DNA of 64,000 bases from assembly GCA_950097015.1 (NCBI GenBank), contig CATNEN010000001.1:16306001-16370000 (forward strand). Direction: 5' to 3'. Below are positions 37,501 to 48,810 of the stretch, one piece after another; positions within the stretch are counted from its first letter, which is position 1; each line of letters opens with the position of its first letter. A model generated the notes under the pieces. The model did no database searches and was not told the DNA's origin. It saw only the letters and a program-made list of their open reading frames with translations. A program made the translations under genes and the position numbers. Source of the stretch: Macrostomum hystrix. Lineage: Eukaryota > Animalia > Platyhelminthes.

Positions 37501-39268
37501 TCAGTACAGAGGAACTGGAATTCAGTACAGAGGAACTGGAATTCAGTGCAGAGGAACTGGAATTCAGTGCAGAGGAACTGGAATTCAGTACAGAGGAACT
37601 GGAATTCAGTACAGAGGAACTGGAATTCAGTACAGAGGAACTGGAATTCAGTACAGAGGAACTGGAATTCAGTGCAGAGGAACTGGAATTCAGTGCAGAG
37701 GAACTGGAATTCAGTGCAGAGGAACTGGAATTCAGTACAGAGGAACTGGAATTCAGCACAGGAACTCACCGAATCTGCATCTCAACACTGTGCAAATGCA
37801 GGAAGTTGCCACCGAACACTAAACTGTCAATGGGAGTGTAGACTGCGTGGACCCAGCCGGAGGGCAGCACAATGGTGTTGCCGGTGGTCACTCGTAGCTG
37901 GTAGACCTGGCCAGGGCAGCGATCGCCGAGAAAGTCTGTCAGATTGTCTTTCGACTCCATCCAGGCTTCGTATTGATCCAAATTAGTCTCCGTAGGCGGT
38001 ATGAGATAGAAAATCTTCTCGCCCCACAGAATGTGGTACCAGACAGACGAGCCGCCGAAGTCTATGTGGAAGTCTGTGTAGGACTGCCCGGCGCTCATCA
38101 GGCAGAACTTCAGCACCTCGGGTTTACGACGCCCGTCGTCTTCCTCGTCGTCATCGTTGTCCCGATTGCCGACTAAACGGCCGAGAGAGCTGTCGCTATC
38201 GTCTGGCCAGCAGCGATTCACCAGGCTGAGGTCGCGCACCACCTTTGGCGGCACCACGGTGTCCGACAGAGCCGTGTCTGAGATCTCCAAGCTGAGCACG
38301 TTGTAGATCTTGTCTCCTCGATCCTCCTGTATTTGGTTGAACCAAGATTTGCTTATCTACCTAGTCTTGATTCTAGACCAAGACTACCGTGGCGAGGCCA
38401 CATCTATTTTGGGTGGGAGCCGAGGAGAGAAGGCTTGGGGGCTTGTCGTGCACAGTGAGAATCAGCAGAATTGTCTCTTGCGCCAGTGCTTGCAGCCCTC
38501 TTAAAAATTATTACATTTATGTCGAAAGGGCAAATCAGGTGCAGAAAGTACCGACCTGATAGAACCAGTTGAAGAATTCGACCATGCTCATTTTAAAATC
38601 GTGCTGTTCCTGCACATCAATGACATCAACTAGCCGATCTTTGCCAACGGCGTCAACCACATCCCGAATTGTGAAGCCACCTGGAGGCACGGTTAGGTCA
38701 AGGCCGTCTGGTGAAGCAACGTGAAATGGCTGTCGAAAGTTGGTCTTTTCGATTAGATCAGCCAGTTCATGGCCTTTAGCTGACACCACAACATCGTGGC
38801 ACCTGCGTTTTAGATGAAAATTTAAAGATTTTCTGAGAGTCAGCGAAGTTTAAGGATATGAACATGGCGGCCTAGCAGACAGAAATTGGGGATCTGGGAG
38901 ACAGGGAGACCCATCCTGGGGATCTGGGAGACAGTGAGACCCATATTGGGGATCTGGCAGGTTGGCAGACTCATCTTGGGGATCTGAAAGGCTGGCAGAC
39001 CCAACTTGGGGATTTGGGAGACAGGGAGACCCATCTTGGGGATCTGGAAGGCTAGCAGACCCAACTTGGGGATCTGGAAGACAGGGAGACCAAAATTGGG
39101 GATTTTGGAGGTTGAAAGAATACAATTAAAAAGCTAACTCTTCAGTTAATTAAAGTAAGTTAGGGCTAAGAAAATAAAGGTTTCAAGGCCAAATTATAAA
39201 GCTTACTTCGCAAACTTTCGCTTCTTTAGACATTCAATAAACTCCTTTGTGCCAGCTCTGGGTCCCAT
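34557..39268 (-). CDS. JmjC histone lysine demethylase, KDM7/PHF8/PHF2 family
   Basis: Exons 39277(ATG 39268)-39207, 38802-38556, 38326-37770, 37167-36828, 36755-36661, 36535-36300, 35247-35179 and 34738-34557 join in frame. YTDFHIDFGGSSVWYH, GEKIF and WVHAV (intact HxD...H), FGGNFLH, and C-terminal STAKQRLGKKL like PHF8. Possible extra 5' exons at 40336-40270 and 42962-42925. Confidence 0.93.
34794..35115. repeat. 22-bp minisatellite (~14 copies) in last JmjC intron
   Basis: Unit TTGGGCAGTTCAGGATGGCAGR. Confidence 0.95.
35333..36277 (-). repeat. 20-bp minisatellite (~47 copies) in JmjC intron
   Basis: Sense unit GCAATRGTGTGTCAG|GTRCA. Confidence 0.96.
37211..37767 (-). repeat. 21-bp minisatellite (~26 copies) starting at the donor of a JmjC intron
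   Basis: Sense unit TTCCTCTGYACTGAATTCCAG. Confidence 0.96.
38385..38490 (+). mobile_element. SINE family A fragment in JmjC intron
   Basis: GGCGAGGCCACAT...GGAGAGAAGGCTTGGGGGCTTGTCGTGCA matches 1265-1325. Confidence 0.65.
38883..39110. repeat. Degenerate 30-bp minisatellite (~7 copies) in JmjC intron
   Basis: Unit approximately TTGGGGATCTGGGAGACAGGGAGACCCATC. Confidence 0.85.
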
Positions 39269-41801
39269 GCTATTGCTCTGAAAAAATGAAGTTTAGAAAA
39301 TCTAATATACAAAAATAATTACCAATACCAATATGATTTCAGCCTTCTGATTTTAAAACTACTGATGAAAAATTGTTTTAAGTTCAAAAGTGCACACAGC
39401 AAACAAACGATATACTTAAGATGCAATATTTAACAAAGCTTGTTTGACTAAGGTCTTAATATCCAAATTTCTAACTAGTGCAAAAGTAAATTATGACAAA
39501 CTCCAATCAACATTTTTGTACTGTTTGGGCATCATTAAAAAAACAAAACAACTTCCTAAAATAAAACTTCTTTAGTTATAACTTTAATTATAAATATTTA
39601 TTACAGAAATTCTAGATACCATCCTAAACTTTAAATATATTACGCCTGTGGACAAAAAACTTACTTAATGAAGAAAGACAATAAAGGAATGCCAGAAACA
39701 GTTGACAGTTTATATGATGACAGATGACAGACAGCAATTGTCATGATATCAATGTTACAGTATGGGTTTATAGTTTATAGGCAATATAGGAATAGATTAC
39801 CTACATTGTTTTTATTGCCTATATATTGCCCCAGCTTTCTCATTCTCCTTATATGTTTACCAGTCTTCTTTGATTTTTTTAAATTTATCCTCATTACATA
39901 AGTAATAGCCCTTTAATACTGGAGCTAATATTTTTTGCACATTTTCGAAAATAAAAAGTCAGCACTATATTGGTATATGAGATATGAGGGTTTCATTCAT
40001 TTTCAAAAAAAAATATTTGTAATTTTGTTTAAATACACTCCAAATAATGCTTGTTTAAATAATGCTTGCAGCTATGCACAAAAATCTTTACTTAGTTTTA
40101 GTATCAAATAAAACTTGCTGCTTCACTCAAAAACTCCTATTTTTTCTGAAAGTGAGTACAGTAATAATAAACCTAGCAAATATCTGCTTTGACAATACAT
40201 AATCAAAAGCTTACTATTTATACTCAAAACCAAAAATGCCCAATAAAATGCTAATAAACAGGAACTTACATTTTTAACTGCTGATGATAGATTAGAAGAA
40301 AAAGAAGCAGTAACAAAACTGGTACTGTAATTCGACCTGCATTCTACAAAAGCATAAAAGTATTTTACTTTGCAGCTAAATAAAAAGAAAGTGGCACAAT
40401 GATCAAAGTCTAGAAAAGGTTTGAAATTATAAAGGCTGCAGTTTTATGGATAGAAAGGAGGACGAGGAGTGGTCTCGCTAGCATTGAGCAGAATAAAACC
40501 CAATCATTGAAATCTGCTATGTACATTTAACTTATTCCAATTAAATCACTCAATCAGCCAAGAGACAAATTTATAAATGCACTTATGGGTAGAAAAAAGC
40601 AGTGATGCAATCCTACTAAATTGAGAGTATCAGGCCCTATTCTGTGCTATACAAATGGGATCCTAGACATTTCATCAAGTGCCACTTCATCAACTAGGGT
40701 TTTATAGAATGACTTCGATAGTTTGTCACTTTGTCAACTAGCCAAATGGGAGACCCATAGAGTTGGTCACTTTGTCAACTATGCCCTCAGCACACACATT
40801 CAAGCGTCTTAGGTGGCGGATCCAATGAGAGCAGAGTAGGATCAAGGACATCTGTGTGCCACATGTTTGGTGTTGTCACCAGTTGCACTGATCACATTGC
40901 AAAGCCTACTGTCGTGGTCGTACATACTGCGCATTGAATGCAGAAGTCAGTGTCCATTGTAGAAGAAACAAAAAAGCAATATCAAAATTTTGAATTCTGT
41001 TACAGACTAAATTTGTTTAAAAATTTCCTCCTTATATATATAGTTAAATAGGGAGGATGCGAATATGAGAAGGGTTTAGAATTGTGATAATCGAATTTGT
41101 TTATAGGCTAGAATTGCTTTGTGGTAGGTTATGGTGGGAATCATCAGATTATGTTCTTGTTCTCATAAATCATGTTAGTGGAAGGGCAGGTAAATCTTGG
41201 GCATTGGGGCACTGCAGGTGTCTGCATGCTTGTGTGTTGTGCACTGAGAGTGGAATTATAGTGAATCAACATTGGGGGTGTCTGCTCATGTGATGGTCCC
41301 ATCATGCAGGCTGGCTGGCTGGTGGGGCCATTTGTTGAGACATGATAGTTGGGGATATAAGACATGGTGCTAATTCGCACCTCACAAGAGCTGCCTACCA
41401 ATTAAAGGTGTCATTTACCCTCCACCCACATTTTGATTTAAACTAAGACCAAGATAGGGTGCACATTGTCAGCTTGGGGAATGGGTGCAAAGATGGAATT
41501 AAAGGTGTCAAAAGATAAGTGTCCAGCCCTATTTTAATTTAACCTTGTTTGGCCTCCTATTGAAAGCAATAGGAAAACTCATTTTTCGAATATTTAATTT
41601 AATACCCTTGCCCTTGGCATTGAGACAGAATGATGAAATTGGATCATTCTAATCCTTGGATTAATTGACACTTTTTGGTGAAAACAAGATAAAAATTGGC
41701 CTGGCCATTCAATCGCTAGAGCATTTCAGATGGACAGACAGATCTTAGACACCTAGCATAGTAGGATATAGTAATGTAAAGTATTAGGGCCTATAAAGTA
41801 A

Positions 41802-42899
41802 GGAAGTGCTTATTTCCATAGTCCCGTGCGGATAATTTCAATTTTATCCACACGGATCCGTGCCAATAATTATGTGCTTATACACATGGCAGCTTGTATG
41901 AATAGGTCTACTTTCAAGTCCCTACTTATTCTTCTCTGAGCAAAAGGCTTTTGCTTCAGAGTATAGTGTATAGTGTACACTATCAATGCATAGTATAAAA
42001 TAATAACAATGATGTGTGATAATATGTGTGACGAGTTTGGTGCTGACTAGAATTCTGCTGGTTGACTCGTATGATTTTCTTTGATAGACTTCTGTAACAG
42101 GGCCTATCACTCTACTTTTCTCTCTCTTGGCACAAGCGGTTTATCCTTCCAAGGCACTAGGTCTCTTATTCTCCAGTCTTAGCTGGGCGTTTCTCCAGGA
42201 TCAGAGGGTCACAGCCTCAAATAAACAACTCAACACTTGAACACCTTACTCAGTTATAGCTTATTTTCTTTTCGTCACACTGGCACATTGCCTTGACTCA
42301 CAAAAATTGTACTCGTTTATATACACAAAAAAGGTTTGTTGAAATGAATGAATTTGACAGAATTTGAATTTGAATTTGAATTTTACATAAAAAAATATTT
42401 AGTGCATTTAAACAAAGAGCATAGGAATGAATTTGACTTTAAAAATGACAAAAGCATCCCTACTACACTTCTTACTTTTTAAGTCAATACAATTCAAATG
42501 AAAACACGTAATGATGACAATAGTTGTAGGCCCTAGTAAGTTGTTATTATAATAATTAAAAAGGATAACATTAATGTCAGTTAATGAATGTCTAGGTCGA
42601 AATGTAGAACACTGTCGTAACACACTGGCAACTTTGTCGATATATTGGCTTGAGGGTTCAACAAAACATTCAAACCTGAAAGGGCCTTGTTTCAAAAAAC
42701 AGAACCATGTGGATAAAATTGAAATTAATGGCACGGCATATTTATATAAAGAGTTTTAGACCTATTCATACAAGCTGCCATGTGGATAAGCAGAAAATTA
42801 TCGGCACGGATCCGTGTGGATAAAATTCAAATTATCGGCACGGATCCGTGTGGATAAAATTCAAATTATCGGCATGGGACCATAGGAATAAGCTCTGCC
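41802..42899. mobile_element. Non-autonomous Mutator (MULE)-like DNA transposon
   Basis: Imperfect TIRs of ~110-140 bp (41802-41910 vs 42757-42899) beginning GG and ending CC, flanked by an exact 9-bp direct repeat ATAAAGTAA (41793-41801 and 42900-42908). Confidence 0.82.
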
Positions 42900-43465
42900 A
42901 TAAAGTAATGTAAATGTAGTCATACCCACGCCATGAGTCACATACTGTGCTGTGGTTATTCACCTAATGATAAATAATCAATGATTAACTTATATAACGA
43001 AGCTTAGGGCTTGTAAATAAGTATTTAAGTCACATGCAGACTATTCACATGCAATTTATTAGGCCCTATAACATAATAAAAGTATATAATGCGATCATGT
43101 GTTATAGAACTAAGACACTGTTGTGACGAAGACGGCAATGAAGACTAATGAAGACAGTAATTATTATATTATTTATTGTTTGACGGCAGCCAGAGGGCGA
43201 AGACGGACAAGTACTACGAGGTCGGTGGGTGTCCAATAGAAAATTCGCATTCGAACGCTATTTAAAAACGAAAGATATATGGTAAAATAAATTTTAGATT
43301 TAATACTATTATACGTTAAGCGTTATGTGCAATAACTATGCAAATAGAATAATAGAAAAAAGGTTTTGATATAAAATACGAAATACATAATATTATAGTT
43401 GGCAAACTGCAGCCGTGTTGACGACTCTAGGGTGCGTTCGAGTAGCTTAAAATGACTTAAACTAA

Positions 43466-44718
43466 GGGTGCGTTCGGGTAGCTTAAAATGACTTAAAATG
43501 AACTTAAACTGCAGTTTAAGTTCATTTTAACCTCTTTAATAAAACAAAAGCTAAACAGACTAAATGTCGAAATAAAGTAAAAAGATTGAAGCTGAATGGT
43601 TAAATAGAATAACCGAATAATTAGTCTTTACATTTCCGTCTTGAAATTGTGTAGTTTTGGTATCAGATGTACAGTAGCCGTACGCGCACAAATTTGACTT
43701 TCGAACTTTCGCGTATTTTAATTTGAATATTAATATCATTTAATTTAATTAGTGTGAACTGATTGTCTTGCTTCGCTTGTATTCTTCCAATTGATCATGT
43801 AGTGGTTATATTAAGGTCTTAATTTTCAGTAGTTACAGAAACCAATAAGTAAAGTTCAAGCGAAGTAGGACAATGACCATTGTTTCAATGAAGATGTAAA
43901 TTTGTAGTTGTACTGAAATTCAGAGGATCAAAAAAGTTTTTAGATTATTTCTCCTGAAGTACTGAAAAAACACGATTTTTAGTTTGTTGAAACAGTGAAA
44001 ATTCTGTGCACTGCGCATAAGTGTAAAAAGAGAAGTTTTGTGATTTTTGTGCAGAAATAAGTAAAAAGTAAAATTATAAAAAAGAATGTTTCTGTCGAAA
44101 TTAAATGTTTCTATTCAATTACTAAGAAATATATCACTGGATTCGTCTTTTAATTTTGCATCGAATGACTTCAGTTACAGCTCTCAGAGTTTCTTCGGAG
44201 AAAAGATACTTGCATTTAAATGAGTATTTTTAACCACGTACATTTTTTCTTTTGATTTCTAGCTTCCTTCAGGCACGAGGCCACTAATGGATAAGAGACT
44301 TTCTGCTCAATCGAGCGGACTGGGTTCAAATCCCAGAAGCCAATAATTTTAAAAAATCAGGAGGCTTTTATCTATCACTGAAGTGTACTGCTTTTAATAA
44401 TTTAATTTTCGCACATTTGCTAATATATTTGAAAAGACTGGGGTGTCCTACACATTCTAAATAAAATACGCGTACAAGTTTGCATGTCAAATTTGCGCCC
44501 ATATGGCTACTGTACATCTGATACTAAAACTACACAATTTCAAGACGAGAATGTAAAGACTAATTATTCGTTTATTCTATTTAATCATTCAGCTTCACTC
44601 TTTTTACTTTATTTTGACATTTAGTCTGTTTAGCTTTTGTTTTATTAAAGAGGTTAAAATGAACTTAAACTGCAGTTTAAGTTCATTTTAAGTCATTTTA
44701 AGCTACCCGAACGCACCC
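43466..44718. mobile_element. PIF/Harbinger-type MITE with ~250-bp TIRs, nested in a truncated copy of itself (43430-~44895)
   Basis: Termini GGGTGCGTTCG...CGAACGCACCC with TAA on both sides (43463-43465, 44719-44721). The flanks rejoin into a second copy of the same TIR. Confidence 0.85.
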
Positions 44719-44897
44719 TAAACTTAAACTGCAGTTTAAGTTCATTTTAACCTCTTTAATAAAACAAAAGCTAAACAGACTAAATGTCGAAATAAAGTAA
44801 AAAGATTGAAACTGAATGATTAAGTAGAATAAACGAATAATTAGTCTTTACATTCTCGTCTTGAAATTGTGTAGTTTTGGTATCAGATTTACAGTAT

Positions 44898-45059
44898 AAA
44901 TAACATGAAGAAAAAACTATGCCTTCCTTGGCACTTGGCATGAGGTCAACAAACAAGACAGAGTTAAACCCATACTATGTCTAGTATGGTTTAACACACA
45001 CATGGTTTACCTCTGTTGACCTCATGCCAAGGAAGGCATAGTTTTTTCTTCATGTTATT
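44898..45059. mobile_element. Small palindromic (foldback) element
   Basis: Arms AATAACATGAAGAAAAAACTATGCCTTCCTTGGCA... and ...TGCCAAGGAAGGCATAGTTTTTTCTTCATGTTATT are reverse complements. Confidence 0.7.
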
Positions 45060-45114
45060 AATTTATTAATATACATTAAGTAGCCTTATTAATTTAAAAG
45101 AACATGTTCTCGGA

Positions 45115-45437
45115 ATAGAATAGAATAGAATAGAACTACACCTGGCAGGCTGCAAGCAGCCAGTTTTTGCCAGATGTACAGTCAAGGCACAGCCGCAGCG
45201 AGTGCGCGGCGCATCCGAGACTGTGTACGGCTGTCACAGAGTTACTGTGGGGGGTCGCCACTCCACCCTTTCTATTCCCCAGCTTGCGCTGGTACCCAAT
45301 CACAGCTGGGTGAACTGGAGCAATACGTGGTTAAGTGCCTTGCTCAAGGACACAGGTCGCTGCCCGGTCCGGGAGTCGAACCATGGACCTTTAAGTCCTG
45401 AGTCTGACGCCCTAACCACTAGGCCACGGCTCCACAA
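45115..45437 (-). mobile_element. tRNA-derived SINE, family B, with CORE-like central domain
   Basis: A box TGGCCTAGTGG, B box GGTTCGACTCC, central TGTGTCCTTGAGCAAGGCACTTAACC, (ATTCT)n tail, and apparent TSD GTTCTCGGA (45106-45114 and 45438-45446). Confidence 0.85.
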
Positions 45438-46155
45438 GTTCTCGGATGTGTAATGTGATTCTTGGATATGTTCTCGGAACAAAGAACATGTTCGGAGTTG
45501 CCTATTAGGCGACCGTGGCGCATGTTCGATTACCATTTCTTAGACCCTATCTCTGTCAACACGGGTGCAAACTGATACACTAATACACTGATACGCTTAT
45601 GTTTTCGGGGTACATTGAACATCTGCATTGAAATTCAAGGTCAGATTTCTGCTAAACGGGTACATCTAGACTCAGCAGACTGTACGATATTAAATTTTCA
45701 GCATCAAGCTGATTCGATAAAGCAGCAATAACTTTTTATTATTATTTATTATTATTATTAATATTATTAAAACGCGCATGCCATCATCTATGGATAATGG
45801 GTGCTGATTTAATGTTTTCTATTTTGACAACTAATATTTTAATGTACAACGAAAAACATAGAAAGCGAAGTTTTGTAGGATTCAATCATTACAGTTTATA
45901 CATTACAGTTACAGTTTATACTGTTATTATTACAGTTTTATATTTCACAAGTAAGATTTTATTTCAGTGCTCTAATTAATTTTCCTATCTCATTATTGAG
46001 ATATTGCTTGTTTTGTTTGACCTTGTTCAATTGCAGTCAGTCTAGCTAGGCCTATTTTACAGATTTTTTACTGTTTCAAAGATATTGTGCAATACACAGA
46101 AGCTAGTAGAAAGCCTATATTATTTATAATCATAGTATTTGAGCCACGAAGAGCT

Positions 46156-46270
46156 TGCGTGCATGGCTGCCATTCGCCCAAAGCCATACTTGCGTGCACG
46201 GCTGCCGTTCGCTCAAAGCCATACTTGAGTGCATGGCAGCCGTTCACTCAAAGCCATACTTGTGTGCACG
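46156..46270. repeat. 35-bp tandem repeat x3
   Basis: GCGTGCATGGCTGCCATTCGCCCAAAGCCATACTT variants. Confidence 0.8.
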
Positions 46271-47048
46271 GTCAACATGCACACATGTGACCATCTGCAC
46301 TGCATGCTTGACTTACTTATTAGCTCGTATCACTGAAATGAGTGCGTGTATATAAATGTGATTCGAAGCACTATATACATACATGCACATATCTCAAATG
46401 ATATATTTGTTCAATTCACAATTGCATGCAAAGTGAAGTGTACAATGTAGTTCTTTGAGATCAGAGTCGCAGTAGGGCATCACTAGCCTAGCCTGGAATC
46501 GGTTCAGAATAACAAATCATTATTTCTTTTATAAATGAAAAGTAATTTATAGCAATTAAGATTTTTTAAGTATTTTATTAAATGTTTATTACTTGTTATT
46601 CGATCTTAAACATATGACACAACTTCTGAGCTCTTGAAAAAATACTATGTAATGCTCGTTCCGCAATAATACATGGATTTTGTTATTCTGAGCCGATGCT
46701 CAGTGATGGCCAAGTTTTATGTGTACCCAGTCGCAGTCACATACATTACATATATATTACATGTACATGAACTGCATACATTCCAATGCAACGTCCAGGT
46801 CTTGGCATTGTAAAGCAGGACATTCTGAACCGCTCCTCCTCAGTGCAATAAGCAATTAAGCACCACAAACATTTCTTATAAGTGGCATGGTCGTTATGGA
46901 ATCGTCTTTAATGACAGTTGCATATGACAATTGTGATGACTTGTACATTGCAATACAAGATTAGTAATTCCAAAAAATTCCTTTGTAATGGCGATTGGAC
47001 AACTGATTTCAGACAAGGCAGTGCTTATCCCCACGGTACCAGTTAAGC

Positions 47049-48810
47049 CTATGGTACCATAAGCCTAAGGTCATGTGGGGTCCAGTTAAGCCTATGGTCT
47101 AGCTGGAGACCAAGGCAGCGGACCTGCTTTTCCATGGCAATATTCTTGCCGTAGAGAGTCAGAGGCTTAATGGTCCAGAGCAGTCTGCTGGTAAACATAA
47201 CCGCTACGGTCTTGGACTCAGAGAGTCGGAGCCCGCATCGGTCCGCCCAGCTCACCGCCCTGTTGATAAAGCCCTGAATTAGGTCTCTGGTGGTTTCAGC
47301 CGAGGGGCCCGCGCAGATGGCGGTCACATCATCGGCGTAACCCACTTTCAGGACTGGGTCAGGACAAGTGCTTTTCAGCAACTCATCCATGACAAGGTTC
47401 CACAGCAGTGGAGTGAGGACGCCGCCTTGGGGCCCTCCTTTTAGGACAGGTGCCAAGAGCGACCTGCCATCAAGGTGGGTCACCATGTGGCGGTGCCGGA
47501 TCATGTACATGACCCAGCAAACAAGGTGGGGATGAGTGGCCCTGGAAATGTGGGCCCTCTCAAAGGTTTCGAAAATAACATTATCGAATGCCCCTTCGAT
47601 GTCAAGGAAGACAGCCAGGGCAAAACCACTGCCTAGCACTGCCTTCTCAAGAGTCTCCACGATGCAGTGGAGGGCGCTCTCCATGGACCGGCCTGCCCAG
47701 AAGGCATGCTGGTTTGAGGAAAGTGGAGCCCGCCCTAGCTCTACAGTAAGAAGGTGCAAGAGCACCAGTCTTTCCATGAGCTTGAGGCAGGTAGAAGTCA
47801 GGCTTATTGGGCAATAAGACTTGACCAAGCGATAGTCGCCTTTGGCGGGCTTCGGGATAAAGACTACCCAGGCTTCATGCCACAGTGCTGGCACATAGCC
47901 CAGCACGATGCAGGCCCATAGAAGCCTGCAGAGGAGATGGAAGAAGCGGCCATTTTTTACCGCTTCATGCAGAAAGGCCAGATAGATACCGTCTGGCCCA
48001 GGTGTTTTATAAGGGTTGAATGACTTTGCCGTGCAAGCGATGCGGTCATTTGTAACAAGTGACTGAGCCAGGCCCTGACCACCACGTGAGTGGTCGTCTG
48101 GGCCAAAGTGCGCCGGTACACTCGGGAAGAAGTGCCCTAGCATGAGCTCAAGTGTTTCCTCCGGGCACTCCGTGACTGAGCCATCAGGCTTTTTGATCAA
48201 CAAGAGCTTGGAGAAGCTGTCGTTGGTAAGCGCCTTTACCATGCGGGCCATAGGCCACGAGCCCTCAAGCCCTTCACAGTATTGACGCCACTTGTCCACT
48301 TTTGCCCTTCTGACCCAGCCCTTAAACTCGTGGATAGCGCGAGTATAGGCCTCTTTGTCGTCGGGGTCATGAGAATTTTTCAGCTTCCTCTGGAGAGCCT
48401 TAGCTCGGCGTCTGAGGACTCCAAGCTCAGGGTTCCACCAGGGGGCCGATTTTTTGCCTTTGTAGGCTTTGAGCAGGCAAGCCATTTCGTAGGCCTCTGT
48501 GATGGCACCGCCCAGCAGGGCAGCCACTCTATCCAGGTCCTGCGTGGTTGCCATGGCCATGGAGGGGTTGGAGTCCCGAAGGCCCTCATGCAGACTTTGG
48601 CTGAATGTGGGCCAGTCGGTGTTTCTGACATTACGCCTCCAGATAGGCTTTTGCTTCTTATTGGGAGTACCGATGTTAAAGCGGATAAAACAGTGGTCTA
48701 AGAGTGAGCTTTCGGTCTCCAACACCTCCCACCCCAGCACCCTTGGGAGGATGCTGGGTGAGGCCAGGATGACATCCAGCACCTCAGCCCACCGCCCATT
48801 GTCGAACTTC
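47049..48810 (-). mobile_element. Non-LTR retrotransposon ORF2 fragment (end of APE plus RT; Loa/R1-like), truncated at both ends
   Basis: SxxDH end of the endonuclease, PWWN, PGPDG, FIPKP, PISL, FLDIEGAFD, QGGVLTPLLWN, YADD, LGLQLDHRLNW. Confidence 0.92.

Noticed and set aside
36989-37986. Multiple overlapping repeat ORFs on both strands
   Set aside because: They cover the 21-bp array inside a JmjC intron bounded by canonical splice sites.
361-39110. CRISPR-like appearance of the repeat arrays
   Set aside because: Units are head-to-tail with no unique spacers, there are no cas genes, and the context is eukaryotic.
45360-45437. tRNA gene (also the head at 1195-1275)
   Set aside because: A and B boxes are present, but each is attached to a SINE body (with tail and TSD, or dispersed copies) and I could not build a convincing cloverleaf.
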